Made by a program: the position numbers and the translations under genes. The notes beneath the pieces were generated by a model, which did no database searches, was not told the DNA's origin, and saw nothing but the letters and a program-made list of their open reading frames with translations. From a virus, in IMG/VR virus record IMGVR_UViG_3300010384_000002: a stretch of DNA of 64,000 bases. One strand, given 5' to 3'. Positions 27,160 to 36,485 of the stretch are shown here, piece by piece (position 1 is the first letter of the stretch; each line of letters begins with the position of its first letter).

Positions 27160-28620
27160 TTAGAACGGCTTCCACACCTGCGTGCGGCTGATGATGTTTT
27201 TGATCACGATGTGCTGCCGGCGCTTGGTGATGCGCAGGTAGCCGCAGATCATTTGCAGCCACGGATCGATCGGGCTGTTGACGGCCGCCATCGGGATCTT
27301 GATCATCGGCATGAACTGCTTCCAGCTGATCGCGTGGTCCGACGCCGACAGGTTCAGGATGTAGGCGTTGGTCGAGCCCGGAACTTCGCGGTTCTTGTCC
27401 AGGAACACGGTGGTGGCGCCGGTCTTCGGGATGCGGCACATTTCGCGCATGTCCGACAGGGCATTGGTGCCGCCGCGACGCGAACGGTAGATCACGTAGC
27501 CGGTTTCATCGCCGCCGCCAGCAGCGGTGATGGTCAGGGCGACATTGCCGCCGGCGGCCACGGCTGCCTGCGCGGTGGCGATCGCGGTCGACTGGCCGGC
27601 CTTGCTGATGCCCGTGACAGCGTAGTAGTACTGGCCAGCGTTGTCAGCGGTCCAGGCCGAATCGGCGCCGCCCGAAGCGTTCACGGCCACGGCCACGGCG
27701 CTCGGCTTGTTGCCGGCCAGCTTGGCCGCGATCTTGGCGTGTGCACCAGGGCGCAGCTCGAAAACGCGCTTCATCTTCTCGTCGCGGATGAACACGTCCT
27801 GCGAGGTGGCGATGTCGCCCCAGGCGGTCTTGATCGCCTGCACGTGCGCGCCGTAGGTCAGGTTCTTGCCGCTCGAATCCAGCGAAACGCGGAAGGCCGG
27901 GTCCAGGTGCGTGTTCAGGTCGGTCTGCACGGTGCCGGACATGAAGATGTCGGTCGAGGTGCCGAAGTTCTCGATGCCCCACACGGTTTCCGCCGCCTTG
28001 CTGATCGGGTCCATGCCATCCAGGGCGCCGCCTTTCAGGTCGATGATGTGGTCAGCCGAGCCCAGGAGCTCCATCTGCGTTTTCAGGCCGTTGAACTCGG
28101 TCGGCACCACGCGATCGTCACCCTCGAAGGTGAGGTATTCGATGTCGGACAGCAGCTGGCGCGCGCCGTTCGAGGCTTCCACCGCCTTGGCCGACACGAT
28201 GTTGTTCTGCGCGTTCAGGACCAGCGACACTTTGCGGTAGGTCGACAGGTATTTCACCTGACCGACTTGGCGAGCGTAGTCGCCTTCGGCTTCTTCGGCC
28301 TCGCCGGATTCGGTGTTGGTCGAACCACCCAGCACGCCGCCGATGCCGTACTGCTCGGTCCATTCGTCAACCGTTGCGGTTGCCGACGGTTTCGGCAGGC
28401 GGTTGAACAGGACGAAATGCTTGTTGTCCTGCACGGTGGCCTGCATCGTGGTGTCCAGCGACTGGATGCGCAGCGCGGCGCCGCCTTCCAGGCTGGCGGA
28501 ATCCGAGCCGTAGCCCGCTTCCAGGGATTTGTTCAGCGCGGTCAGCTCGGCCATGCCGAAGGCGCCGGTGAGCGTTTCCCCTTGGCCCGCGTTGTTCAAA
28601 ATATTGTCGATAGTGCTCAT
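27160..28620 (-). CDS. Major capsid protein (HK97-fold type)
   Basis: 486 aa. It follows the protease and scaffold genes, has a GGAALRIQSLD-type N-terminal motif, and is followed by a strong terminator. Confidence 0.8.
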   Translation of the reverse strand: MSTIDNILNNAGQGETLTGAFGMAELTALNKSLEAGYGSDSASLEGGAALRIQSLDTTMQATVQDNKHFVLFNRLPKPSATATVDEWTEQYGIGGVLGGSTNTESGEAEEAEGDYARQVGQVKYLSTYRKVSLVLNAQNNIVSAKAVEASNGARQLLSDIEYLTFEGDDRVVPTEFNGLKTQMELLGSADHIIDLKGGALDGMDPISKAAETVWGIENFGTSTDIFMSGTVQTDLNTHLDPAFRVSLDSSGKNLTYGAHVQAIKTAWGDIATSQDVFIRDEKMKRVFELRPGAHAKIAAKLAGNKPSAVAVAVNASGGADSAWTADNAGQYYYAVTGISKAGQSTAIATAQAAVAAGGNVALTITAAGGGDETGYVIYRSRRGGTNALSDMREMCRIPKTGATTVFLDKNREVPGSTNAYILNLSASDHAISWKQFMPMIKIPMAAVNSPIDPWLQMICGYLRITKRRQHIVIKNIISRTQVWKPF

Positions 28621-28635
28621 TTATTCCCTCGTGGG

Positions 28636-29379
28636 TTACTTGGTGGAAAACACTTTGGTGCGGATGCCGTCCGGAACGGCGACACCGCTACCAATGGCAG
28701 CCTCGGCCGTTGCCACTTCCTGCAGGGTCATGCGGCCTTCTTTCTGCAGGTCGAGGCACTTGGCTAGGAATTCGTTCGGGGGCAGACCATCGCCGTCGCC
28801 GCCGTTGTTCAGCGACTTGGCCAGCGGGGTGCCGCCGCCGGCGCCCGCCGGGTTGGTGACGCTCTTGCGGCCAGCCGGCTCGTTGCGCAGCGCGTCGAAG
28901 TCGGCGCGCAGCGTGGTGATGGTTTCGCCCTGCGACTTGACCAGGGCGCCCGCCTCGGTCAGGGACTTGGTGAGCTCAGCGATCTGGCCGTTTTGCGTGC
29001 TCAGCAGCATGATGGTTTGGCCCAGCAGCTTCTTGACGGACTCGCCGTCCGAGTCGACGCGCTCGCTCAGCGCCTTGAGCATTTCGCCGCCGTCGAAGGC
29101 TTCGATCTGGGTGCCGTCTTCCAGCGTGAACGTCATCGACTTGCCCAGCGGCGTGGCACCATCGCCAGTGCCGGGATTCGCGGCAGCGGCCGCCGCTGCG
29201 TCGGCGGCGGCTTTGGCGGCTGCCGCTGCGGCCTCCTTGGCCTCCAGCTCCTCGGGCGTCTTGGTGCCATCCGTGGTGCCGGCCGGCGGATTGGTGACGG
29301 CGCCGTCGGTGGACGTAGCGCCCAGGCCATTCGCGGCCATCAGGGTGGCCAGGGATTTGGCCAGGGTTTGAAAGCTCAT
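28636..29379 (-). CDS. Scaffolding protein
   Basis: 247 aa, Ala/Glu/Lys-rich and predicted helical. It lies between the protease and capsid genes. Confidence 0.7.
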   Translation of the reverse strand: MSFQTLAKSLATLMAANGLGATSTDGAVTNPPAGTTDGTKTPEELEAKEAAAAAAKAAADAAAAAAANPGTGDGATPLGKSMTFTLEDGTQIEAFDGGEMLKALSERVDSDGESVKKLLGQTIMLLSTQNGQIAELTKSLTEAGALVKSQGETITTLRADFDALRNEPAGRKSVTNPAGAGGGTPLAKSLNNGGDGDGLPPNEFLAKCLDLQKEGRMTLQEVATAEAAIGSGVAVPDGIRTKVFSTK

Positions 29380-29382
29380 CGC

Positions 29383-30264
29383 TTATCCTTTTGTGAGTGC
29401 AAGTTGTAGATCGTTGAGGAATCGCTGGACGTACCGGGCCGCCGAGGCGGCCGGGATGCCGAACAGCTTTTGCGCCGCCGCCACCAGCTCGGATTGCGAC
29501 GAAACGCCAACGCTTCCGGACTGAATCGCGTTGGAGAATTGGTCACGGAAATCCCAGTAACTCATCAGCTGCTTGTCGAGCGACTGGACGCGCAGGGCGG
29601 CGCCGCCCGTGAGCGAGGCCGAATCGGTGCCGTAGCCGGCCTCCAGGCCCTTGAGCATCGCGCCCCAGCTCTTGGCCAGCGGACCGAATGCCGTGGTGCT
29701 CACCGTTTGCAGGTGGTCGTTCACCGGGGTCTTGGAAAATCCGATGTTGGTCCAGCGCACGCCAGTGACGACGCCGACCTTGTTGCCATCAGAATCGAGC
29801 TCGACGCTCTTGCCGGTGACGGCGCCACCCACGGACGGATACCAGCGCTCGGGCGGGTTCACATCGGTGAGCGAGGACCAGAACAGATTCGCCTTGAGCG
29901 CCGCCGGGCCTTCGCCGGCCTTGATGTGCCCCTTGACGAACGTGGTGCCCTTCTCGATGCGCACCGACGCCGGCATGCCGATCTCGTAGGCCATGTAATC
30001 GGGAATGCCCCGCTTGGCACCGATCTGCGTGTAATGATCGATGTCCAGGTTCCCGAACTTGAGGTAGTAGTCGGCCGAATTGGCCAGCGCCTTGGCCAGC
30101 ACCTTCTCGCCCTGCTGGTCTTTCACCTCGTTGCTGGCCTCGATGTAGACGAAACGCTCAGCCCCTTCCGTGGCCGGCGTCGCCTTGAGCATCATCCCGC
30201 CCACCGCCAGGTGAGTGGGAAGCGCTTCGAGCAGCAGAGAATCGTCGTCGTGGCTGATGTCCAT
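29383..30264 (-). CDS. Prohead protease (putative)
   Basis: 293 aa, in the protease position of the head module. It shares a 24-aa block with the capsid N-terminus. Confidence 0.6.
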   Translation of the reverse strand: MDISHDDDSLLLEALPTHLAVGGMMLKATPATEGAERFVYIEASNEVKDQQGEKVLAKALANSADYYLKFGNLDIDHYTQIGAKRGIPDYMAYEIGMPASVRIEKGTTFVKGHIKAGEGPAALKANLFWSSLTDVNPPERWYPSVGGAVTGKSVELDSDGNKVGVVTGVRWTNIGFSKTPVNDHLQTVSTTAFGPLAKSWGAMLKGLEAGYGTDSASLTGGAALRVQSLDKQLMSYWDFRDQFSNAIQSGSVGVSSQSELVAAAQKLFGIPAASAARYVQRFLNDLQLALTKG

Positions 30265-30394
30265 GACGCAATCGTGCTGTCACGACTTTTGGCGCGGGGA
30301 AATTTGCAAACGAAAGGAAGGGGTAGCCAAAATTGCCGTAAGGAATCGTGGCTGTGATATTGTTCGATCCCCATGAATTTCACAGGGATAGCGC

Positions 30395-30766
30395 ATGAAC
30401 TGGAAGATAGGGGCCGTTCTGGCTCTGGTGGCAACGGTTTCGCGCGGCTCGGCGGCGGACTCGATGGAGGCGTATTTCGCGTATGCTTATTCGCCAATCG
30501 GCCGGGCTGGCCAATACACATACCTCGCGCATCAGCCTTGCGCCGACAAAGCGGCATCGAAGCTTGGATGGAGCCGGGCCGCCTTTTCCACCGCCGGGGG
30601 GGATCTGCTGCGTGCGTGCTGGCAAGATGTCAGCTCGGACAAGATCGGCAGCGCAGTACGTGTGTGCATGGTGAGCAGCGCCGATAAACTCGGAAACGCC
30701 TGCCGCTACATCAGCAAGCGCTATTTCCTTGACGCTGCCACGCTACCGCGCCGCCCGAAGTTCTAG
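30395..30766 (+). CDS. Exported small Cys-containing protein (moron)
   Basis: Has a signal peptide (MNWKIGAVLALVATVSRGSAA-D) and an AGGGA SD. It is on the opposite strand to the head operon, in a lower-GC region. Confidence 0.65.
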   Translation: MNWKIGAVLALVATVSRGSAADSMEAYFAYAYSPIGRAGQYTYLAHQPCADKAASKLGWSRAAFSTAGGDLLRACWQDVSSDKIGSAVRVCMVSSADKLGNACRYISKRYFLDAATLPRRPKF

Positions 30767-30792
30767 CCGCGTCATCTTACAAATCAACCCAC

Positions 30793-30821
30793 TTGTATCG
30801 TGATGCGATACGCTATACAAT
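30793..30821 (+). promoter_or_regulatory. higBA promoter with inverted-repeat operator
   Basis: TTGTAT-N17-TACAAT. The inverted repeat GTATCG-TGATG-CGATAC (30795-30811) lies in the spacer. Confidence 0.6.
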
Positions 30822-30828
30822 CAATTCC

Positions 30829-31107
30829 ATGATAAAAAACTTCGCTCACAAGGGACTGCAAAAGTTCTTCGAGACAGGCAGCAAGGCAGGCATCAAACCC
30901 GCACACGCCACCAGATTGAACCTGCAACTGGGCGCCCTCGACGCGGCAGTAAAGCCAGAGGATATGAACGTTCCGGGATGGGACTTTCATTCATTGAATG
31001 GTGACTTGAAAGGCCACTGGGCTGTCTCTGTGAACGGAAACTGGCGCGTGACCTTCACATTTGACGGCAAGGACGCTGTCGTTGTTGATTATCAGGATTA
31101 CCATTAA
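30829..31107 (+). CDS. higB: HigB toxin (RelE/ParE superfamily killer protein)
   Basis: [22 protein letters not shown]...[33 protein letters not shown] is the canonical HigB pattern. The track start TTG 30793 is over-extended. Confidence 0.85.
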   Translation: MIKNFAHKGLQKFFETGSKAGIKPAHATRLNLQLGALDAAVKPEDMNVPGWDFHSLNGDLKGHWAVSVNGNWRVTFTFDGKDAVVVDYQDYH

Positions 31108-31117
31108 GGAGTTGAAA

Positions 31118-31465
31118 ATGCGTATGCACAATCCCCCGCACCCCGGCCTGCTGGTCAAGGAATATTTGGGTGACGTTACCGTGACGGAGGCGGCCGAGCG
31201 CATGGACGTCAGCCGCGTCACGCTCCAGCGCATCGTGAGCGGTAACGCCGGCATCTCGCCGGACATGGCCTACCGCCTGAGCGATCTGTTTGGCACGAGT
31301 CACGAACTGTGGTTCAACCTACAGAAGAACTATGAGATGCACGTTGCCGGCATGGCCAAGCGGCCGCGCATTGCGCCCATCACCTCGCCGTTCAAGAAAA
31401 AGACGGCCGAGCGTATCGTATCGGCTCGACCGAAAAAGGCTACCGCATCCGCCACAGCAGCGTGA
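31118..31465 (+). CDS. higA: HigA antitoxin (XRE HTH)
   Basis: [17 protein letters not shown]...[58 protein letters not shown] at 31106-31111. Confidence 0.85.
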   Translation: MRMHNPPHPGLLVKEYLGDVTVTEAAERMDVSRVTLQRIVSGNAGISPDMAYRLSDLFGTSHELWFNLQKNYEMHVAGMAKRPRIAPITSPFKKKTAERIVSARPKKATASATAA

Positions 31466-32012
31466 TCGACTTGATCATGCCGGGCCGGTCCCTGCTGGCC
31501 CTCACCTTGCGCACGAACTCGTCCACCGGCATGGCTACGATCCCGCCAAAGAAGCGCGGGTCGTCGTAGTGCCCCAGGTAGGCCTCGCGCGCGGCCTCGA
31601 TCGACGGAAAATCGATCATCACCTTGTCCTCGTCGTACGTGGCCCAGTCCTTGCGGCGCATCTGGCGCACGATGTACACCTCGCGCGCGTCCGCGTACGG
31701 GCCGATGTAGACGTCGACGGGATCGCCGTCGGCGCCCTCGGTACCGGCCACCTCGCCGTAGGCGTAGCGGAACTCCGTTCGCCAGGGCTTGCCACCCTCG
31801 TCCACGCCCTCGCGCACGGTGCCCACCGGGTTCTCGATGTTCAGCTGCAGGCCGTGCCAGGACATGCGCGGCTTATAGTAGTTGCCGGCGGCGGCCTGGG
31901 CGGGCGTAGGCTGCTTCCAGGCCGGGTCGGTTGCGGCCGCCAGCGCGCGATGCGCGGCGGCGCGCAGCTCGGCCTGCGCGATCGCCTTGAGGAACAGGAC
32001 CGGCTTAGACAC
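31440..32012 (-). CDS. Inorganic-pyrophosphatase-signature protein in the head module
   Basis: DGDPVDV fits the family-I PPase signature D-[SGDN]-D-[PE]-[LIVMF]-D-[LIVMGAC]. The likely start is GTG 32012, overlapping the upstream stop by 8 nt. Confidence 0.55.
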   Translation of the reverse strand: MSKPVLFLKAIAQAELRAAAHRALAAATDPAWKQPTPAQAAAGNYYKPRMSWHGLQLNIENPVGTVREGVDEGGKPWRTEFRYAYGEVAGTEGADGDPVDVYIGPYADAREVYIVRQMRRKDWATYDEDKVMIDFPSIEAAREAYLGHYDDPRFFGGIVAMPVDEFVRKVRASRDRPGMIKSITLLWRMR

Positions 32013-32268
32013 GATCCGGCCAGAAAGCCACCGGGGCGCTCGACTCCGCGCGCGCGGCCTGCGCGGCTTCGCGCGTCTCGAACATCTGGATCGACATGCC
32101 GTGCATCGGCGGCGCGCCATCCGGCAGCACCGTGCAGTTGATCAGCACGGTCGCCTCGGCGGGCTCCTTGTCGCTCCATACGCGATTGATGAGCGCCGGG
32201 TGTTCGCTGGTGCCGTTGGAACTGATAACGCCCTGCGTGATGACGACACGGCCGATGGATGGTTTCAT
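32005..32268 (-). CDS. Hypothetical protein
   Basis: 87-aa ORF with real composition. Confidence 0.55.
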   Translation of the reverse strand: MKPSIGRVVITQGVISSNGTSEHPALINRVWSDKEPAEATVLINCTVLPDGAPPMHGMSIQMFETREAAQAARAESSAPVAFWPDRV

Positions 32269-32297
32269 ATGATTCTCCTATGGTTTAGGTATGCGCT

Positions 32298-33500
32298 TCA
32301 TTGCGCGTGGTTGCCCTTCGTGGGCGATTCTTTGGCCTTGTGGAAGTGCTGGTCGAGCCACTTCTGGAAATCGGGGTCATCGTGCGGGCCGGCCTCGGGC
32401 ATCGGGGTCCAGCCGCCACGGCAGTGCGGATGCACGGTCCCGGCCGGAACCCACCACATCTCTGACGGCAGCCGCTCGACCAGTTCGTCGCCCACGCGCT
32501 TGCGCGGCGCGGCGCTGCGCCCGATGTTGGTCTTGCCCGGCCACACTTCCTTGTCCCCATCCTTCTCGGGGGCGTCGGCGGGCACCACCTTCATCACCAC
32601 GCCATCGATGCGTTTGCAGAACGGACAGGCGCCCTTGTACTGCTCGATGCGGCGCACGCGCGCGCCGGGCGTGAGCGTGGCCAGGAACCCTTGATTGGCG
32701 TTCTCGCCGGCCTCGGTGACGGCGATGCGGCGCCAGTCTCGGTTCAGGGTGGCGAACTCGTCGAACAGCTTCTGTTGCAGATCCTGCCGCGTAGCCACCG
32801 GGTCGCCGGTCATCTTCTGGAACGTGTGGGCCATGATGGCCTTCTTGAGGCGCTGGCGCGTCGACGCGGCCAGGGCCACGACCTGCTCGGCGCAGCGCGC
32901 GTTCCCGTATTCCATGATGGCGTCCAGGCGGCTGAACTTGAACGCCTTCTGCGCGGCTGCCACGGTGATCGGCATCGCGGCGATGACCGGGTCGAGCTCG
33001 GGCACCGTGGGCGCCTTGCCGGCCATGACGGCCTGCACGCGGCCCAGGATCGACGAGCGCACCGCGAACCACTCGGCCTCGGTGCGCAGCACGGCCTCGG
33101 GCATGTACGTGTGCAGCAGGTAGTCGACCACCAGGGACCAGTCGTCGAAGGCGAAGGCCGCCGGCGGCAGGCTGGTGAGGTACAGGCGCACCAGGGCGGA
33201 TTCCTCGGCCGTCCAGTTCTGGACGAAGCCGGCCGGCTTCACGACCGGCACGGCGGCCGGGTCATGCAGCTTGCCATCGGCCCAGTCCATGAGGCCTTGC
33301 TTGACGTGCTCCAGCATCGTAAGCCCGCGCGCGGTGAACAGCTCGATGATGCGCTGGATGAACGGGTTGTGGTGCGGTTCCCAAATGTCGTGCGGATCGC
33401 CGCCCTCGCCGGAAATGGCCTTGGCCAAGCTCTCCAGCGCATGGTCGGTGCAGCAGGCCGACAGGCCGCCCAGGTCGACCAGCAGCGGCTTATTTCCCAT
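32298..33500 (-). CDS. Head morphogenesis protein (SPP1 gp7 / Mu F family)
   Basis: The real start is MGNKPLLVDLGG at ATG 33500. It has DWRRIAVTEAGENANQG and C-terminal CPFC...VHPHCRGGW motifs typical of Phage_Mu_F. It follows the portal gene. Confidence 0.75.
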   Translation of the reverse strand: MGNKPLLVDLGGLSACCTDHALESLAKAISGEGGDPHDIWEPHHNPFIQRIIELFTARGLTMLEHVKQGLMDWADGKLHDPAAVPVVKPAGFVQNWTAEESALVRLYLTSLPPAAFAFDDWSLVVDYLLHTYMPEAVLRTEAEWFAVRSSILGRVQAVMAGKAPTVPELDPVIAAMPITVAAAQKAFKFSRLDAIMEYGNARCAEQVVALAASTRQRLKKAIMAHTFQKMTGDPVATRQDLQQKLFDEFATLNRDWRRIAVTEAGENANQGFLATLTPGARVRRIEQYKGACPFCKRIDGVVMKVVPADAPEKDGDKEVWPGKTNIGRSAAPRKRVGDELVERLPSEMWWVPAGTVHPHCRGGWTPMPEAGPHDDPDFQKWLDQHFHKAKESPTKGNHAQ

Positions 33501-33873
33501 CGCCCGCCTTCTTCTTGCCCGGCGTGTGCGCCGTGACCTCGTGCCAGTGCACGCGATGCTCGCGGCCGGTGTCATCCGCCACCGTGGCGCCGTGCTCGCC
33601 GGCGGCGGACACTTCGCCCGAGCCATTGAACGCGCCGGCCGTGAACGCGACGTTGTCGCCCTCGGACACGTTGTGCGGGCCGAACTCGCCGCCGGCGGCG
33701 CAGGTCTTGAGCAGCGCCAGCAGTCCCACGAAATTCGGGTGCGACAGATCGACCTGCGGCTGCTTCGCGGCAGGCTTGTCCTGCCCCAGCTGGGCTTTGA
33801 GGTTCTTGTGGAAGTCGTCGGCCGCCTTCTTCTTGGCGCTGGGCGTGGGCAGCGCCTTGAACATCAGCATCAT
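33490..33873 (-). CDS. Hypothetical protein
   Basis: 127-aa ORF with an ATGA overlap with the portal stop. Confidence 0.55.
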   Translation of the reverse strand: MMLMFKALPTPSAKKKAADDFHKNLKAQLGQDKPAAKQPQVDLSHPNFVGLLALLKTCAAGGEFGPHNVSEGDNVAFTAGAFNGSGEVSAAGEHGATVADDTGREHRVHWHEVTAHTPGKKKAGDGK

Positions 33874-35645
33874 GGCATCAGGTCCTTGGGTTGGTAGACC
33901 GGCAGGCCGAACGCCTTGCCGAAATCGAAGTCGTTGCCGACGGCCGTCGGCGGCTCGCTGGTGGCCAGCTCCTTGGCGGCGCGCTTACCGGCGGGCGCCG
34001 GTTTGTCGTCATCGCCATCGGCGCCCTCGCCGTCGCCATCCTCCCCAGGTTGCGCAGCCTCGGGCGGCGTGATCAGGCCTTGCTGCTGCGCGCTGGCCAT
34101 GTACACCTGCATCAGGCTCGGGTTCACCGGCGCCTTGCCGATCAGCGGGTCCTCGTGCTCGGGCTGGCCATCGCGGGCGCGCATCTCGTCCACCGTCATG
34201 GTGAGCTTGCTGCGCTCGTGGCGCTTGTCCAGGTCCTCGGGGTCCAGGCCGGTGAAGCGGAACACCAGATCGGGCGAGAACTCCCCGACGACGTAGTCCG
34301 TGATCAGCTGCTGGAAGTACGACAGCAGAGGGCGCAGGCCGGAATCCTTCGAGGCGGTCAGTTTCTCCTCGGTGTCCGAGCCGGCCAGCGGGCTCGTGCT
34401 GCCGCCGCTGAACGAGTCGAAGTTGATTTCGGCCGGCGAGATCCCGTAAATCGCGCAGATCAGCGACGTGAGGAACGTCATCCACTTCGCGAAATACATC
34501 TCGTTGAACTCGACGTCGAATTTCTCGAACGAGGCCTTGCTTTTCTCGTCGGAGGAAACCATCACCGGCAGCGCCCAGGCGTTGTTCACGCCCTTGCACA
34601 TGGCATTCCAGTAGCGCTTGAAGGCGATGATGTCCTTGTCGTCGTACTTGCCGATGAGGTGCATCATCCCCTTGGGGATCGCGTTCGAGTCGAAGCCCTT
34701 GATGTTGTACGTCATGGCGTTCAGGTAGCCGGTGACGGTCTTCACCAGCAGCTCGACCTCGGAATGGCCATAGCCGGCCACCAGCACGTTGCTGCGCGGG
34801 TTGCGCGGCTCGTAGATCAGGTCGTCATGGGTGTATGGCGTGCAGATGCGGCCCTGCACCACCTGCAGGGCGAAGATGTCCGGGTTGCCTTGGTAGCCCT
34901 TGTCCGTGCACAGGCGGATCGTGGAGCCGTCGACGGCATAGAAGCCGGACACGCCCAGCTTCTTGTCGCGCTTCCATTCCACCTCGATCGCGGCCGAATC
35001 CATCGACAGCGTGTCGCGCGTGAGCTTGCCCATGAACTGGGCGAACGAGTCGCGGCCGAGCGCCTTGCGCAGGCGCGGCTTGAACTCCCAGCCGCAGTTC
35101 GAGATGAAGCGGTTCAGCTGGCGCACCTGCTCCTGCTCGGACTTCGTGAGGTGGTGGTCCTTGTCCATGTGGCGGATCTCGTAGCCGGGCAGGTCGTTGC
35201 CGCACTCGGACACCGCGCAAAAACGCTGCACCTGCCGCATGCGGGTGAGCACGACGGCCGACAGCACCGGGGTCTGATCCACGACCGCGCGCATCGAGTC
35301 GAACGACATCAGGCTGGGACGCTCCCAGTATTCCCCCTGCATGTTCAGCATGAACTCGTCGACCTGCACCGACTGCATGCCCGGCTTGCGGTTGCGCAGG
35401 TTGTTCGACGGGTACGGCACGATGTTGGCGCTCATCGCCTTGTTCACCATCAGGTGCTCGTCGGCCATGGCGAGAAAGTCGCGCAGGTGGCCCATGGGCG
35501 CCAGGTCGTTGGCGGTGGGCATATAGGCCTTTTGGAGCTCGGCAAGCGCATCGTTGCGCTCGTCCTGCGGAGCGTTCTGATTGAATGCCACCACGTCGGC
35601 GCGATCGCGCGCGCGGCCCCGGCGGCGCTGATGTTGGTCGGTCAT
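33870..35645 (-). CDS. Portal protein
   Basis: 591 aa. Size, position upstream of the MuF-like gene, and an acidic C-terminus are typical of portal proteins. It has an AGGAGG SD and a GTCGTGAC motif 32 nt upstream. Confidence 0.8.
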   Translation of the reverse strand: MTDQHQRRRGRARDRADVVAFNQNAPQDERNDALAELQKAYMPTANDLAPMGHLRDFLAMADEHLMVNKAMSANIVPYPSNNLRNRKPGMQSVQVDEFMLNMQGEYWERPSLMSFDSMRAVVDQTPVLSAVVLTRMRQVQRFCAVSECGNDLPGYEIRHMDKDHHLTKSEQEQVRQLNRFISNCGWEFKPRLRKALGRDSFAQFMGKLTRDTLSMDSAAIEVEWKRDKKLGVSGFYAVDGSTIRLCTDKGYQGNPDIFALQVVQGRICTPYTHDDLIYEPRNPRSNVLVAGYGHSEVELLVKTVTGYLNAMTYNIKGFDSNAIPKGMMHLIGKYDDKDIIAFKRYWNAMCKGVNNAWALPVMVSSDEKSKASFEKFDVEFNEMYFAKWMTFLTSLICAIYGISPAEINFDSFSGGSTSPLAGSDTEEKLTASKDSGLRPLLSYFQQLITDYVVGEFSPDLVFRFTGLDPEDLDKRHERSKLTMTVDEMRARDGQPEHEDPLIGKAPVNPSLMQVYMASAQQQGLITPPEAAQPGEDGDGEGADGDDDKPAPAGKRAAKELATSEPPTAVGNDFDFGKAFGLPVYQPKDLMP

Positions 35646-35721
35646 TGGAAATTTCCTCCTGATTCACTCACGCTACCGTCACGACCGGGCGGGGGATTGT
35701 TTCAATCAGGACAAAAAATCC

Positions 35722-35751
35722 TTGCGAAACTAACGCTTAGCGTTATATAGT
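35722..35751 (+). promoter_or_regulatory. Sigma70-like promoter with palindromic operator (cassette promoter 1)
   Basis: TTGCGA-N18-TATAGT. The spacer holds the palindrome TAACGC-TTA-GCGTTA (35731-35745). Confidence 0.65.
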
Positions 35752-35785
35752 CTCTCCATCGAATCACCTCATTGGAAGGCAGGAC

Positions 35786-36280
35786 ATGGACAAGAAACAG
35801 GCAATGGCGTTGGGCAAGGACATGGCGGCGGCGGTCAGCGAGGTACTGACCAAGCACGGGATCACGGGCGGCGTGGTGAGCGCCCTCGCGAGCCCGGCCG
35901 GCATCGGCATCACGGTAAAGCTGGCCGATGAGCAGCCGACCCCGAATGCCGTGTCGCGTTACAAAAAGTTCGGCGCCAAGCTGGGCCTGCCCTCGATCAA
36001 CACCATCATGCTGGTGGCCGACAAAGAATACGTGCTGATGGGCCTGTCGAGCGACGGCGCCCGCGTCAAGGCGAAACTGGCACAGCCGGGCGCCTCCATC
36101 ACCGACCTGCCGCTGGCGGCCGTACAGGCCGCGATCGCCGCCGCCGGCGCCAAACAGGTGGCCGAGCTGGATAAAGCCGAGCAGGCCCAGCCGGATGACG
36201 CGGTCGACCCGGACGTCGCCGCGTGGCTGCACGCGATCGGGAAGAAGGGCGCCGCCAATCCTGCGGAGGGCCAGCAGTGA
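35786..36280 (+). CDS. Hypothetical protein (first gene of the plus-strand accessory cassette)
   Basis: 164-aa ORF with a GGAAGG SD, downstream of an operator-bearing promoter. Confidence 0.6.
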   Translation: MDKKQAMALGKDMAAAVSEVLTKHGITGGVVSALASPAGIGITVKLADEQPTPNAVSRYKKFGAKLGLPSINTIMLVADKEYVLMGLSSDGARVKAKLAQPGASITDLPLAAVQAAIAAAGAKQVAELDKAEQAQPDDAVDPDVAAWLHAIGKKGAANPAEGQQ

Positions 36281-36477
36281 GCGAGCGCAACACCGACCAC
36301 GTGCGCCTGCTTGATGGGTGGTTCACCTGCCTGCACTGTGGCGCGCGCTACCAGATGAACCTGCCATGCCCTATCGACGTGTTCACCGCCGCCTGCAACG
36401 CCTATGTGGCTGTGCACGCGGGATGCACGCCCGGCCAGCAGGCGGCGCCAAGGATTCAATTCACCGCAAAAGGATAG
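36277..36477 (+). CDS. Small Cys-containing protein
   Basis: GTG 36277 is in a GTGA overlap. Sequence: VSERNTDHVRLLDGWFTCLHCGARYQMNLPCPIDVFTAACNAYVAVHAGC. Confidence 0.5.
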   Translation: MSERNTDHVRLLDGWFTCLHCGARYQMNLPCPIDVFTAACNAYVAVHAGCTPGQQAAPRIQFTAKG

Positions 36478-36485
36478 GAAATTCA

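Noticed and set aside
35666-35685. An RfaH ops-like element (GACGGTAGCGTG versus consensus GGCGGTAGCGTG) in the portal leader, immediately after the GTCGTGAC motif.
   Set aside because: Only this one copy is close to the consensus (11 of 12). By my rough estimate, a single 1-mismatch hit to a 12-mer in 128 kb of sequence is not improbable (about 0.3 expected). The other 11 motif sites do not carry it. It is kept only as a note.
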